From Phoronis australis (lineage: Eukaryota; Animalia; Phoronida): 64,000 nt of DNA. Within the stretch, counting starts at the first letter, position 1. Each line of letters opens with the position of its first letter. The DNA lies in assembly GCA_002633005.1 (NCBI GenBank), contig NMRA01000435.1, positions 248,001 through 312,000 of the forward strand, read 5' to 3'. The position numbers were made by a program, and so were the translations under genes. Below the pieces are notes generated by a model. It was not told the DNA's origin and made no database searches. It saw only the letters and a list, made by a program, of their open reading frames with translations. Below are positions 12,601-27,700 of the stretch, piece after piece.

Positions 12601-15239
12601 CATTTTCAGTTTATTTTTTACTTGATGTCTGGTCTTATTTGTAGTGTTTATTTTTAGTTTATACCCTTTACTGTCTCTGTCAGTATTGGTGCAGTGTCCT
12701 ATTGTATTGTATTGTATTAAATCAGTCCATCAACATACAGTAATGTGGTTTTATAGCTAACTGAAAGTCAAACTTTTAGTTAAATTAGACACAGGGAAAA
12801 ATCACCAATTTTAGATTTTTGTTTCCACCAGAAACACGGTCTCTATTGAAAGCCAACCAAATACATCAACCACAGGGATCAAAACATCATTTTTAAATAA
12901 TCAAAGCACACATGTCTTCATAATAACAAATTTATTATTCATTGAAATGTCAAAACAAAAGAGTAGCATATTTTGTATAAAAGTAAAATACACAATTGGT
13001 AACAAGCATCACTGAACGTGCAAACGGAGGTCCAAAATGAAAAGACACATTACTGTTGAACAGCGTGATAACAATGAATGACTGTTACCCCATTATAAAA
13101 TAAGTACATCTTTATTTGTCCTGTGATTTCAGTATACATAAAGTAGAGGCCACTTAGTGTCATACAAGATATTAGAAAATTTCCGTTATGTCAAAAATGA
13201 ATCACTTCTCATTAAATCCATGTAAAATCACCCGCATAATGTCATGAATTATTGTCTAACAACAGCAAATTAATTCTCACCCTCTTATTAGCAAATACAC
13301 CTTCGTTTTTCTACCTAAAAACCAAACCAAATCATCTTCAATTCAACTGCCTTATGGGAACTTGGCACGGGGTTAAAATCGGTTGTTTCCTGTTTAGCAG
13401 TCTTACACTCATAATATACATGTACATCAAACCAAATTATGAAGTTAAGCTGACTCCACAGTACCTGGTCGGGTCTGTAAGGATACTTATGTAAAATCTC
13501 ATTCAAACAAACTAAAACAAAACTGTAATAACCGTTGAAGCTAAAATGCAGACAACACAATTTGGCTGAAAACACAATACATTGGTTTTCATCAGCACTG
13601 CTTTCACTTGAATTACTGGGTTAATCAACTACCATGATAGCAAATCTATTTAATGGAATGTTGACACTAAATACGAGAGACACGTAATAATGAAGACAGA
13701 TTACCGCCTCACTACAAGCTATAAGTCCCAGAATGGTACGTAATAACAGACCAACAGCGTTAAAAGGATACCAAACTTGGTTTTGGCCTATTAACAGATG
13801 TTCATAGCGGCTTTACCATCCAGTTTTCTCAAACAAATTAATGCCCTGTAACCCTCTACAGTGCTAAAAATTTTGGAACAAAATTTGAAAACTCCTTATA
13901 AAGACTGCTAAATGGGGAAGTGTGATCTATGCTTCAGGCGAGTTACACAACTGCAGGGACAGACTTCTGACCAACAACCACAATATCCGACCTGTGACTC
14001 GAAGTGTAGAAGTTGTCAGTTGAATCCTGCCGTTATTACTCAAGTGGTAAGCCAATGATTCATTAACAGGAGACAGAACAAGGATTTAGTATCTGTAAAA
14101 TTGAACTCTAACTTCAAAATCTAAATAGTTACAGAACAAACTTCCTACTAGGCGCTCTTTATTTATTTTCACATATCAACTACAAATATTTGGATAGCTA
14201 ATCCTACTTTCTTAAACACCATGTTCCATTACTATAAATTCCCGCTAAGGCCTTATATTTGAATATGGACTTGATAATCGAGCATAAAGCCACATAATGC
14301 AATTCTGTAGCGTGACTGTTCAGAGCATCCAGCACACTTACTCAGGACAGACGAAATTCTTAAGCAAACTGCAAGTCTTTGTTAGGCAGATGACGTAATG
14401 TCACGCCCGTAAACATTAAGCTGATGGCATTAAACTAAAAGCTGCCTCATGAACTGATAACTTTGTTTTCACGTTTTTGCTCTTTTGACGTTCTAATCTG
14501 TTTAAACCGTTAATAACAGCATGTCCAATTTACAGTCCGTAAAGTTGCATCACCGCCATTTTGCATATTATGTAACTTAAAAACATAAGATACAGTATAT
14601 AAAAAATACTCACCTATGGTTCGCCCTAACTTGAACAAAATCTACAATTAATACACTTTTAGTTTTACTGGTTGTTTCCACGAACAGGTATCAACGATCA
14701 GACAATAGTCATCTGGTTGAATAATTCGACTTTGCAAGTAAGAAGAATAATTCAATATCAAAAATACTGACATATTTATTGTCCAACGGATATTGCATAG
14801 TATATAGACAACTTTGAAACATTATTGGTTGACGTGTGTCACGTTATCATTTATCCTATTTATAAAATTGTTTAGACATTTTTATACACATAATTCACCT
14901 TAAAACACCTTAATTACCTAATTAAAATACAATGGCACAAAATGATTCCATCTTGCAATTCAAAAATGTAATAAAAAGATGACTCAGCCTATGCACATAA
15001 TCAAAAACTGTGAATCAAACTCCTTGTGGTTGACTTTGCAACAATGGTACCAGTTTCGAGTAAATTTGAAAAGGAATGAATTACATTTATTAATTTTATT
15101 ATTAATCTTATCTGATCCGACAAAAATTAACACTATTCAACATTCCATTTGTTCTGAAGATTGTCTTCAAAGATTTCTCAACCAACAAACAAAAACAAAA
15201 TCCTTCCCCTTTTGTAACGCAGATGCAATGGCCTTGACC

Positions 15240-18200
15240 TTAACTGTCCCTCAGAGCATAATTCACATCGTCCTGACTGACATTTAGCCGAATTCTCAAA
15301 TGCAAGTCGTTGCGTCCATTCTCAATAAGCAACAGTCGATAACTAGCAAGACGGAAACACATGCTGGTCACCTCAGAGGTGTTTGGAGCAGGTACGCCTG
15401 TAAAGAAACACAAAGCATATGCAAAAATTCTGAGAAACATTTAAGCGATTAGATTAACCAGGAATGGCTATCAAAGTAAAAAGCTTTCCAACATTTTCAA
15501 AATGTTCTGGATTCCACTGTTTTACTGCGACATTTTCTTGAACATCAAATTGAAACTTATAAATGAAATGAACCTCTCAGTAAATAATTTTTTACAGATA
15601 TTTTTCATATTAAGGATCTTATAAACCAGCCTTCCAACAAAAACATCTTTTTATATTCAGTTATGACTGTTCCAAAACGGTCATGTGTTTAGAAGCACCC
15701 TGTACTCAAAAATCTCAACAATTCATACTTTATTCTGAATGTCAGTTCAACCACGTTGACCTGAAGGGTAACTGGAATGCAGAATCTAGGGGGATACTGA
15801 CCTTCAAACCGGCAGAGAGCCACATGCTGTTTGAATATGTAAGACAAGACTGCTTCCTCCAGCCCTGTTCTGGTAAACTCTGCCACAATAGCCTTCAGTA
15901 GTAGCTGCTCTAGGGTGGAAGTGTTTCTAGAAGACAATGAATGCAGAATCATAAAATATGTCTTTATCGATTACAAGGCAGACATCACTTATATAAGACA
16001 GGGCTTGGAATGACCAATGATAAAAAAGAGGAAAATTTTCCAGGTGATATATCGTTCCACAATTAAATAGGCTCCTGTGATAGAATTTTGTGTTATAAAA
16101 TTTAAATGAAATAAACGTTTTTGCATGAATAAAGTTAAAATAATGAATAAAAAAAGAGACGAAAAGAGAGGAAACTGGAAATCAAATATTTGAGGAAATC
16201 GAAGCCAAAAAAGAGGAAATCCTCTTAAAAGAGGAAAATTCCAAGCCCTGATAAGATCATGTGAGAACCTACAAAAACGGGGCTCGGCCTGCATGCTGTA
16301 AATATGATCTTGTTTGGCGATCTGGTAAAAAATACCAGGTTGTCACGCCACGTCAGAGCACGTACGCAAAATATTGCAGGATGCAAACAGAAGGAAGTTA
16401 GAATCGTTTGTCAAAAATTGGGAGGGCCCGACTGTTCACCAGACTCAGGAAGTGAGCCTATTTGTGCGATACTACACCCTGCGGGAGAAAAATTGGTGGT
16501 TGTCACTCCTGTTCGAGAGAATTCAGATGCACAGGTGAACATTTTCCAAGTTCGCCAGCTTTTTACTTCAGGGACCTTGATTATTTCATTTTTGCCTCTT
16601 GTCAACAAGGTTTGGCGACTCCAGTTCTCATTTCCCAACCTGGGAAATTTACCAGGTCACATTTTGGGACTTGATGTTACGCTAAGCACCGAGTCCTGAA
16701 ATATGTGCAGCAAATTGGCTAACTTTGGAACACCGTATCTCAGAGATGGTCGATCAGATTCAAATGAACTGAGCATTTTTTTCACCTTAGCCGTTAATTT
16801 ACTGGCTCGTCTAAAGTGCTAGTTAGATTAGATTTAGCAAAAATGGTAAGAAGTTTTCAAACTCATTCCAAACTGAAGAGGGCGACAGAGCATTAATTTG
16901 TTTCAAGGATATAAGCGATCTTGTCAAAGTTACTAATCTGACAATAGAGTAAAACAGGGTTCAGTGTCCCCTTAAATAAAGAACCAAGCTATGTGAACAT
17001 ACGGTCTACACACCTGATAGCGACTATGATTGGTGACGAGAACATTTGCTTTAAAGCCTCATCCACATGTTGCATGCCAACCAAGGTCGCGCTGCCGCTG
17101 TTCACGTCTGCCAACTCTGTGGCCCGCCGACAGATATCTAACGCACGGCGAGCGTCACCAGACACTGCTGCCACCTGGAGGAACAAAAAGTGAGTTAAAC
17201 ACTTAAAGACTGCAAATGACTCAAAATCTACTTGATTTGAACGAAAATGAGTACCTGGTTCAAATAAAGTACATGCTGTGATGAGAACTGCTACACAACA
17301 CATCACTTCTGCAATACGTGACCTTTCGCGGTAAATTAATTCCGATTGAATTCCAACCACTGCTCTCACAAAACATTTCATGTAACACAAAACTGCACCT
17401 TTATGGAGTCAACACAGGCAAGCTGTCAATGTTACGTACAATCAATACAAACAAACTGAGAAAAAAAATAAACTCAACTTTTTGGGAAGGCTACAGGGTA
17501 CTAGCCGTATATAACGAGCACGCATTTTGAGAACCAGTTTTCTCCACTGATTAACGGGCATCAAACTGGTTCTCAAAATGTAGAGACGTATATCTAACTA
17601 TCTGACTATTGAGGTCTACAGTGACAAGTCACAGTGACAGCTATGAACCCCTACTTTCGAGTCATGTGCTGGGACTAGTTGTCTATGTTACTCTTACCTT
17701 TCTGGCTGCCAGTTGCACAGCGTCTTCATCAAACACGTTTAGTCCCTTCATCCTACTCATAACTATCTGCTGTAGCTGCTGGAATGTGTATGGTTGGAAG
17801 GTCATCCGTGTCAGACCCTGAGGGAATGAACTGAGAATGAGAGCTGGGACGACGCCTATACACACGGAGACTCGGGCCTGGGATAACCAAACTTGATATG
17901 GAACTACGACTCGGAAATTGGTCATGTGAAAATTCAAAATTTGATTTTTGACAGTGTTTTTCCATTCAGTGACTTTAACAGACGAAGGGGTTGTGAGCCA
18001 GTGATAACATCTAGCTTCTTTGTTAACTGCCAAGCGCAGTGTTTTGTCTGGTATGACAACAGGCATGCCAATTATCTACCAGGCTTATTACAGACCACCT
18101 GTGAACACTGTCAAACCAAGAGTGAATTGGTACATTCGGAAAGAATTGATTATCGTAACTTCAGTTGCCGTTTGGCGATTCAATAACTAAACATGATCAC

Positions 18201-21200
18201 CATTTGATGAGGATTTCAGAAATGCTATTGGTTTATGCTCAAATATGTTATAACTTATAAGCACAGCCCAGTCAGGCTAGATACCATCTTATTGAAGATT
18301 AGAGCAATTATCGAACAAAAAAAAGCTGGCCCTCCAACCATGAATGCCAGATTGTAGTTAATCAGTCATGTAAGATATTGGCTACAGGGGTAAACTTCCC
18401 AACTTGATGTTGGGCTATAGAACCGAACAAGTTGGGAGCAACAGGAAAACGCCGTAATGGCTAAAACAACAATACTACTTTCAAACACCTGTTTCTATAA
18501 GTGATAAAAGCAAACAAACACGACAGTTGCTCACCAATCGACTTGACACTCTGTTCATCATTATGCGCTCAGGCAGGTCCATGGTGTTGGCTATGGCTAA
18601 CACGACTAGTTTAGCGTGCGGTCTCGTCGGCCAATCAAATAGGTTGTACATGACATTCTGCTTGCGGGTCCAGAGAAGGTCAAGCTAAAGACAGTACATA
18701 AGTTATTTATATGGTAAAATCATTAATTCAAGATGGCTGATTTACTCTGAAACAGTTTTGGGTCGTTCAATATGATTTTCCCAAGCAATATGGCAGACAA
18801 GTAAAAACGTCAAATTTCTCAACAACAATAAAGATTATTAAAATTTTAGTCTATTCTGAATTTCGTGTGTTTGTGTAGATATCGTAAAACTACATCAGGC
18901 AGGGTATCCATAATTTGCAACAAGCTAACAACCCCTTAAAAAAATAGAAAAAATTACAATTCTGGCAATTATTTTTGTCAAATGAAAATAAGCAAAGAAT
19001 GACAATAATTCCGCTCAAATATAATATGATTATTATCTTGGGACATACACGTTTGGCAAATGAAGAGTGTTGGAAGAGTGTCTTACTTGGCAATTATTTC
19101 TTCTGAAGACATGAATCCAGTCATGAAATAAGTAAATTACCAATTCAACATTTCCACAACTGTGCTGTATCATGATATTTCTTGCACTCAGACTTATTTG
19201 CTACAAAACCCATCTCAAACGTATTTATCTCAGTTTGAAACTTTGTACTTCAAAAGTGCACCCATTACGGCTTTTAAGATAATTCTCAACTTAGTTACCA
19301 CCAAAGAGGGTCGTCCGTTTTACAATACTATCTCACATTATATAGTACACACCGAAAGTATTCAGACAAAATGACCTGGAATTCTCCGTCATGACGTCTA
19401 GGCGGAAACTGAATTCATTGTCGGAGTAGTCTTCTCTCATGATCGAAAATGAACAGGGAAGTTAGTAACGTGCCTAAGGCATTCTGTAATGAGAATTTTC
19501 CCATCCTCATAGTTATTACAAGTCATTTATAATGTTAATAGAAATTAGTTGGCATGGAGGGCTAATGGCATTTTGTTTGATTAATTTTGTCTTGCACTGT
19601 ACCTCGTCCACGAGTAGCAGCACAATGTCTCGTCTTGTCCCTGCGCTACTGAATCTCTTCTCCAGTAAATTCGCTGCATGCTCTGAGGTCGCTTTTTGTC
19701 CAGTCAGCTCCTGAGGGAAATTGAAAAGCTCATTAATTAGGCATTCATTAGTTACCCGTCCAATATATTGACTTAGTTTTCTTATTTGAATGCTTGTCTT
19801 CAGACACCTGCAAGAGCAGAGAAACACACAAATGAAAGCACTCGGAGGAGCGACACTAAGCGAAATTAACTGAAAAGAACTCAACGGGGGATGATTATGA
19901 CGATGATAACATTCATTTGACGAATGAAGATGTCAGAAATCAGTAAGAAGTAGGCTACAGTCTTGTTCAACAGAAGGTAAAGCGACAACAGCGCAACAAA
20001 ATCGGTCAACAAAGGAACAGCATTATCAGAAAATCTCAAATAATTCGAAAAGTAGACATTGTCCTAGTGAAAAATGAAAAACATCTTCTGAAAGCCCGTT
20101 CAAAACCCTATCTAACAATGTAGACTTACAAAAAACCATAAAGTTTTAGAAAACTTTCAAATTTTGCATCTTTTTTGAAATTCAAAGGCAAATAACTCAA
20201 AAATGGTAAGTCTGAGAAAAAAATTGTTGCAGCTCATTTGAAAGAGTATACCGCAGAGAGTCTACAAGCAAAAATTTATGTCATTTTCTCTACCCGTTCA
20301 AAATGGCACCCCAGCATGAATGAAAATAGGTGAAAATGCACCATTTCTACCATATTGAAAGCAACTTCTGGTTACACAGCACTTAATAATGTTACAAGAA
20401 ACCAACACATGCAATATTTTGAAAGCAATTGATGCTACAATGCGCCCTCTACAGGACAAAATGTTTTCATCCCGAAATCGAGGTGCACATGCGCAGTTGT
20501 CAATATTTCCGCCATCTTTGACAGGAAACATAATTTCCTAAAGATCTGTAGAACACGTCTTGCACAATAACTGTACCGATTTTCAGCTGTGTCCGTAAAA
20601 ATTTATGGCCTCTATGAGCCTTTGAGGCCGAAATCGAAAACAAAATAGCCGCCACGTCTGCCATTTTGGATTTGATCATGACAAACAACAATAGGCTTCT
20701 AACATTTCTAGAACTACAAGTTGTGTAAAAATTTTGTGCAAATCAGACGAAAATTACGACGTGTATCATGCGAACAAACACAAAAACAAGTAAAAAACTT
20801 TGTCAGAGGAACATACTTGACAAAAAATTTTCTGCAAAGTAATTATTTTCCATTTTTAAATTATTTTTAGCGACAAAACTGTTTTCCACAAGGGATGCTA
20901 TGCCTACAACCATACAGACATCATGGCAAAATACATTACATTACAGTAGAGTACCGTGACACACTCTTTTAAGTCAGACGAGCACAAGACAGGCTTTTGC
21001 TTCACTCAGACCAAGTTCCACAGTAGGTATCAACCTTCATGTAAGTCAGATTGCTCCTAACTTAGATAAAATCTCACAGTCTCGTTAGATCAAACTACTA
21101 CAGAACACAAGAACACAAATGTAGTAACAATTTATGTTACAAAACAAAACTTAAAATCCTTAGAAACCAGTCATAAACAGTCTGTGGTGACAGTTCATGG

Positions 21201-21659
21201 TTACCTTGCTACTTTACAATTACATCACCTCTTGAAACACATGTTTAGTGAAGTTTTCTCCTCAGATTCAAACTAAAATGATGGCCAAAATTGGCAATTT
21301 TTTATTTTTCAAAAGGTACCACCAAAAATGTTCAAATTTCAACGTGTGTTTGTTGATGACAGCTGTATTATGTAAAGTTTTGAAATAATCAAGTAAGCTT
21401 GCCTTCTCGATTACACTTGTTGAAAATTTGGATAAAATAAAATTCCACGTTGCACCTTATTGTGTTCTAACTTATAACTCTATTTTATTAAAGCATAAAA
21501 ATGTTTCCAGGTGATTAGTTCAACGGGCCCATCTGAGTGGCTTGCTCATGTCTGGTACAATGTGCACCAGACTGCCATGCTGTAGACTAGCATATGGCTA
21601 AAGCATGTTTTATATCTATTGTATTTTATCCTCAATAAATAAAGTCTATTATTATTCTT

Positions 21660-21721
<62 letters not shown>

Positions 21722-24700
21722 TATTATTTTTATTATTATTATTACTGCCTCCAACTACATACTTCACTTAGTGTTGGAATTAAAAAAAAAACAAATTTGA
21801 TGAGGTAATTACAGCCTGCTGTCAAGCTTTGTCAGAAATCGTCATCCAAATGTCTTCGCAGATGAATCTTTTTTGCAGAGAATATCGTCTCTACCCATAA
21901 AATGCTCTTTTCAAATAGGGCATGGAAATCACCACAGCTTATCCAGACTGTAGTTGGAGTTTCACAGTACAGTCGTGTATGGTAATACAATATCAAGCCA
22001 ACCCCAAGCATATCCATAAACTTTTGACTGACCAGCTTATTACCATGGATACAGTGTAAACAGAGCTGCTGAAACAGCAGACAGTCTGGCAACCATGGAA
22101 ACCCCTGTTCATCAAAGACTAGATCTCAGACCAGCCTCAGTTCCCAGTGGTACATATAATTAAACCACAGCAGTCACCGTGACAACACCAACAGCATACC
22201 ATAACCCAAACTGAGGACTGGCAGATGCTATTAGGCATGACTGGTGGAGCAAGTGACCCATAAAAATATCTGATCCATCAGCAAGTACATCCGTTGAGGC
22301 CTGAGAGTTAAGTGTAGTGCATTCCAACCTGACATCAATATTATATATGTATTTCATCTCCACTTTGCCAGTAGCAGCCAAGTGAAGACCATTCTCAGAC
22401 AGTCTGAATACTGGATAAAGTTGGCTGTAACTTTTGATGATGCTGCCAGTCTAAAAGGTAAGCTTTGGGTGACAACTAGCAGTAATTATTTGTGATTTTT
22501 GTCCAATGGTTTACATAGGTTTGATGGCAATAGTCTATTAAAGGGGTCCCGCATTTTGGGAACCTGAGTTCTCTGCACTGAACAAACTGGTTCTCAAAAT
22601 CTGGGACGGCTGTAAGTGACTATCGCTGGTCTGGCAATAAAATGATTTTAAATATCGTTTGCTACAATAAAGTAGTAAAAATGTAGTAAAAAAGCAGTTA
22701 AACGGTAAAACATGTATAAAAAGGGTCAAGATGTGTCATGCTTTCANGTGTTCTAACTCTATTTTATTAAAGCATAAAAATGTTTCCAGGTGATTAGTTC
22801 AACGGGCCCACCTGAATGGCCTGCTCACGTCTGGTACAATGTGCACCAGTCTGCCATGCTGTAGACTAGCATATGGCTAAAGCATGTTTTATATCTATTG
22901 TACTTTATCCTCAATAAATAAAGTCTATTATTATTCTTATTATCATCATCATCATCATCATTATTATTTTTATCATTATTATTATTATTACTGCCTCCAA
23001 CTACATACTTCACTTAGTGTTGGAATTAAAAAAAACAATTTGATGAGGTAATTACAGCCTGCTGTCAAGCTTTGTCAGAAATCGTCATTCAAATGTCTTC
23101 GCAGATAAGTCTTTTTTGCAGAGAAGATTGTCTCTACCCATAAAATGCTCTTTTCAAATAGGGCATGGAAATGACCACAGCTTATCCAGACTGTAGTTGG
23201 AGTTTCACTACAGTCATGTACGGTAATACAATATCAAGCCAACCCCAAGCATATCCATAAACTTTTGACTGACCAGCTTATTACCATGGATACAGTGTAA
23301 ACAGAGCTGCTGAAACAGCAGACAGTCTGGCAACCATGGAAACCCCTGTTCATCAAAGACTAGATCTCAGACACAGCCTCAGTTCCCAGTGGTACATATA
23401 ATTAAACCACAGCAGTCACCGTGACAACACCAACAGCATACCATAACCCAAACTGAGGACTGGCAGATGCTATTAGGCATGACTGGTGGAGCAAGTGACC
23501 CATAAAAATATCTGATCCATCAGCAAGTACATCCGTTGAGGTCTGAGAGGGGAGTGTAGTGCATTCCAGTGTGACATCAATATTATGTATTTCATCTCCA
23601 CTTTGCCAGTAGCAGCGAAGTGAAGACCATTCTCAGACAGTCTGAATACAGGATAAAGTTGGCTGTAATTTTTGATGACGCTGCCGAGTCTAAAAGGTAA
23701 GCTTTGGGTGACAACTAGCAGTAATTATTTGTGATTTTTGTCCAATGGTTACATAGGTTTGATGGTAATAGTCTATTAAAGGGGTCCCGCATTTTGGGAA
23801 CCAGTTCTCTGCACTGAACAAACTGGTTCTCAAAATCTGGGACGGCTGTAAGTGACTATCGCTTGTCTGGCAATAAAATGATTTTAAATATCGTTTGCTA
23901 CAATAAAGTAGTAAAAATGTAGTAAAAAAGCAGTTAAACGGTAAAACATGTATAAAAAGGGTCAAGATGTGTCATGCTTTCAGACTCCTTCAGTGGCCAA
24001 TGGTAAAGTAAAGTGGCTAGGGAGAGGGAAATTGGGCTATGGGTCCACAGACCATTGTCGTCTCCATAATAGAAAGCAGGGTATTCGGATCTGTCTGAAC
24101 AAAGTCCTCATCTGTTGCCACGTTCAAAGGAAAATGCTTGCCAAATTTCACAAAGTTCCTCCAATAGGTTTTGGAGATACTCTTGGAGATGCAAAAACAG
24201 TCACTAGTTGAACCCATAAAAATCAATGTCAGTCGTGGTCTTCTCAGTAGGAATGAACACATCTGCCAAATTCCACAATGAACCTATGAATGGAGATTGG
24301 TAATTAATGAAAGTGGTTCCAAGGTAGTGTAGAATAAGTCGAATAAGCCCGAAAATGGAAAGGCATCGTTGTCTCCTCAATAGAAATCCATTTGTCAAAC
24401 TTTATGAAAATTCATCATGAAACTCTGAAAGTACAGAGGCAACTTAAAATAGAAAAATTGCCATTAAAAGGCACTAGGGTGTGCAAAACCACTCAAAAAC
24501 TCAGTGTCGTTCGTTTTCAGCTCCATATGAACTAAATTTCACGTAGATACTCCAAGGGGTATTAGAGATACAACTGCTGCCACCTGACGGACGTCCAGAA
24601 ATCATAGTAATGGCAGTAAGCCCCGACATAACGTACATTTTGACACTATATAAAAATAAATTAACTTGAGTTCTTAACTCTGTAAATACAAAGTTAAGTG

Positions 24701-27700
24701 TAAAACAGGATAATAAAACATGAAGATTAAGAACAATGTTTACTACAAATAATTAAAATGGCCACCAAACTATGCATCATGGGATTGTTAGCCGATCAAT
24801 AAATAGACAATCTAGCTTTGCAGCTCTATTTTGCATTGCCTGACCTTTTAAACTAGAAGTTATTCAGACGTGACCGATACAGTGTCAAAGGGAAGACCAA
24901 CTACGGACAAATAAATCAAAAGTTATGTATTTATCAAATAATCATTTGTGACAAAAGCCTGTGACATTTGTCAGGAAGGTTGATCACACAAGATTGAGGC
25001 TACTGTTTTATAGGTAACTCTGTTGTGTGTGAACATGTAATTATGCTTTATGTCAAGATCGTATATGCATAAACTTGGAATTAAATATTTATTAAAAAAA
25101 TAAGATGAAACTCTAAGTCTTTGTTCAGTGAAAATTATTTTTGTAATTATTGGCTTCATGATCACCCATTTTTTCCCTAACCGGAACTTGTGGAATAGGA
25201 GGAATGTGTGAATGGTTAATCAATTATTGCTTTCGTAAATAAAATCGTCATTAGTAGACAGAAGCCAACAAAGGTTGGTTAAAATCAACATTATTTTATC
25301 AACAGGTGATTTGCTTCAGTGCAGTGCAAATTTATATCAACAAGAACATGATTATTTGAGTTAACTTGCCAAGTTTTCTCTGGTATTCAGAGTTCATGCA
25401 GAATTCCAAGTTCGAGCACAACAATTCATCCATCACCTTCAACAAGCATGAATACCTGAGGAATCAACACACCACACCATACTTCAAACATCATTCAGTA
25501 CAACTATTTAATCGACTTTTTTCAGGTGGGGACAGAGGCACTGGACTATGCATAGAACCAACTGTGTTCACCATTGTGTTTATAGACAGGTGTAATAAAC
25601 ACACAGCAACACTCATTGGATGTAAGCAAGCCATTGAAAAACTTCTACAGGCACAATAGTTGGCTTTCTACCAGTCTGTTTACATGAAACACAGATGGGA
25701 TTGACCATTTCATGAAGAGGATTGGCTGCCAGTATTAATGTGCAACAAGATCTTAAAAACTTGCAATAAAGATAGTAGATTTCAGGACAAATGAATTTCA
25801 GCTGTTGATGGCCTAGTAACAGAAGAAGTGTCTCTAAGCCAGGTAATGTTTTCCTAAAGAAATCTGGAGCAGAGAACAAAGAGCATCAACAAAGAGTGAA
25901 ACACAGTGTACTGTGTACTAGAATAACAAAGACAACAGCTGAAGGCCTGCCATGGACTTTCAATAATAGTCACTGGAGCAGTGTGGAGACACCTTAAGGA
26001 CCACAAATGGATAACAAGTAAGGAAAGAAAACAGCTTATGTAATACTGTTTTGTGCTCAACATACTGGAAGGTGGGTCTGCTCCTTAAATGCAGAAACAG
26101 ATACTGGTAAAAACTGATGTAGCATAAGTCCTGGCAACTAGAAATGATGAACAATAGAGGTGATAGTAAAACATTTTAACTGAGCTGGTAAATAATCAGA
26201 ATGAAGATAAGTTTGTTTGTTCATGGCGTTCTTTCTGTTGTCGCCACTAGCATGCTGGTTGGAAGGTGTGTTGGCCTCAAAATTCTGGTCTACCCATTTG
26301 GCATAACGAGGAACTCGCACTCGATTCACATGGAGAAAATGGCCGAACTGCTCGCTGAGAATGGTCACGACGTTCACGTCCTTGTCAGCGAAACGTACAC
26401 GTTGCCACACAGAATTCGTCAAGCTGGGGTCAAGATTATTGTGTTTAAGGTCAACACAACAGAGGTCTCTCAAGATCAAACAAGGTTTACTTCACTGGAT
26501 GCCTATTTGAGCATGTCACCTTTCAATCTGCTCAGTTTTGTAGTGAGAACGATGTACACGATCTGCGAAATGTTACTCCGTGACAACAAGAGTGTGTTGG
26601 AACGTTTGCACCACGAGACTTACGATCTCCTCATTTTCGACTCATTTGATAAATGTGTTGAAGCAATCAGTAGCTATCTCGACAGACCACTGATATCATA
26701 CCACAGTCAGGGTCTAAGCAAAGTTAAAAATCCGGACATTCCCGAACCGAGGTCATACATTCCACTTCACCTCACGGATTACACGGATCAGATGACATTC
26801 TATGAGAGGATGGTGAACGATTTGAAGGGGCTGATGATGATCCCAGTCAGAACAGTCATATACTCGTTTTTCAATTCACTCGCTAGTAAATACAGTATTG
26901 AAGTGAAGGACAAGGAAATTATGAGATTCATCTACGACGATTTCGCGGTTGCGTTTTTGCAACCAATCATGCCTGATATGGTGCTCATGGGTGGAGCCTT
27001 TATTGAGCCACCGAGCCCATTGTCGACAGAGCTTGAGTCCTTTGTTCAGAGTTCTGGAGATAACGGAGTAGTCGTTTTCAGTTTTGGCTCCATTTTGAAA
27101 GACTACGGCGTTAAGTGGACGGAAGTATTTGCCGAAGCTTTCGCCCGCCTACCGCAGAAGGTGTTGTGGCGATATAGCGGTAAACCACCAAGAAATCTTG
27201 GCGCCAACACAAAGCTAGCATCATGGCTGCCTCAGACTGATCTCTTAGCTCATCCAAAGACGAGAGCGTTCATTACTCATTGCGGAATGAACAGCGCCTA
27301 TGAAGCGGCGTTCTTTGGAATACCAGTGGTGGCGCTGCCGTTAGGAGCCGATCAGCCGCACCAAGCAACCAAATTATGTGACCACCACAAGATGGGGGTA
27401 AAACTCGACCTCAGGAGCATGACCATACAGTCACTTATTGACGCTACACAGAACGTAATCAGTAACCCCAAATATAAGGAAAATGCTATGATTGTTTCGA
27501 GACGTTTTCAAGCTCATCAGCGTAGTGCAAAAGAGAAAATATTATTCTGGGTTGACTATGCAGGACACAACAACGGAAGTGATCACCTTATATCTAATGC
27601 TCGTAAACTGCCCTTGCACAAATACCTCTTACTGGACGTGTACACATTCTGCATTGTTGTCATCATTGCCGGCTTTTACGTAATTTACACCATATTGAAA

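Noticed and set aside
21546-21808. Poly-His and poly-Asp ORFs
   Set aside because: They are translations of the (TCA)n microsatellite, whose length differs between the two copies.
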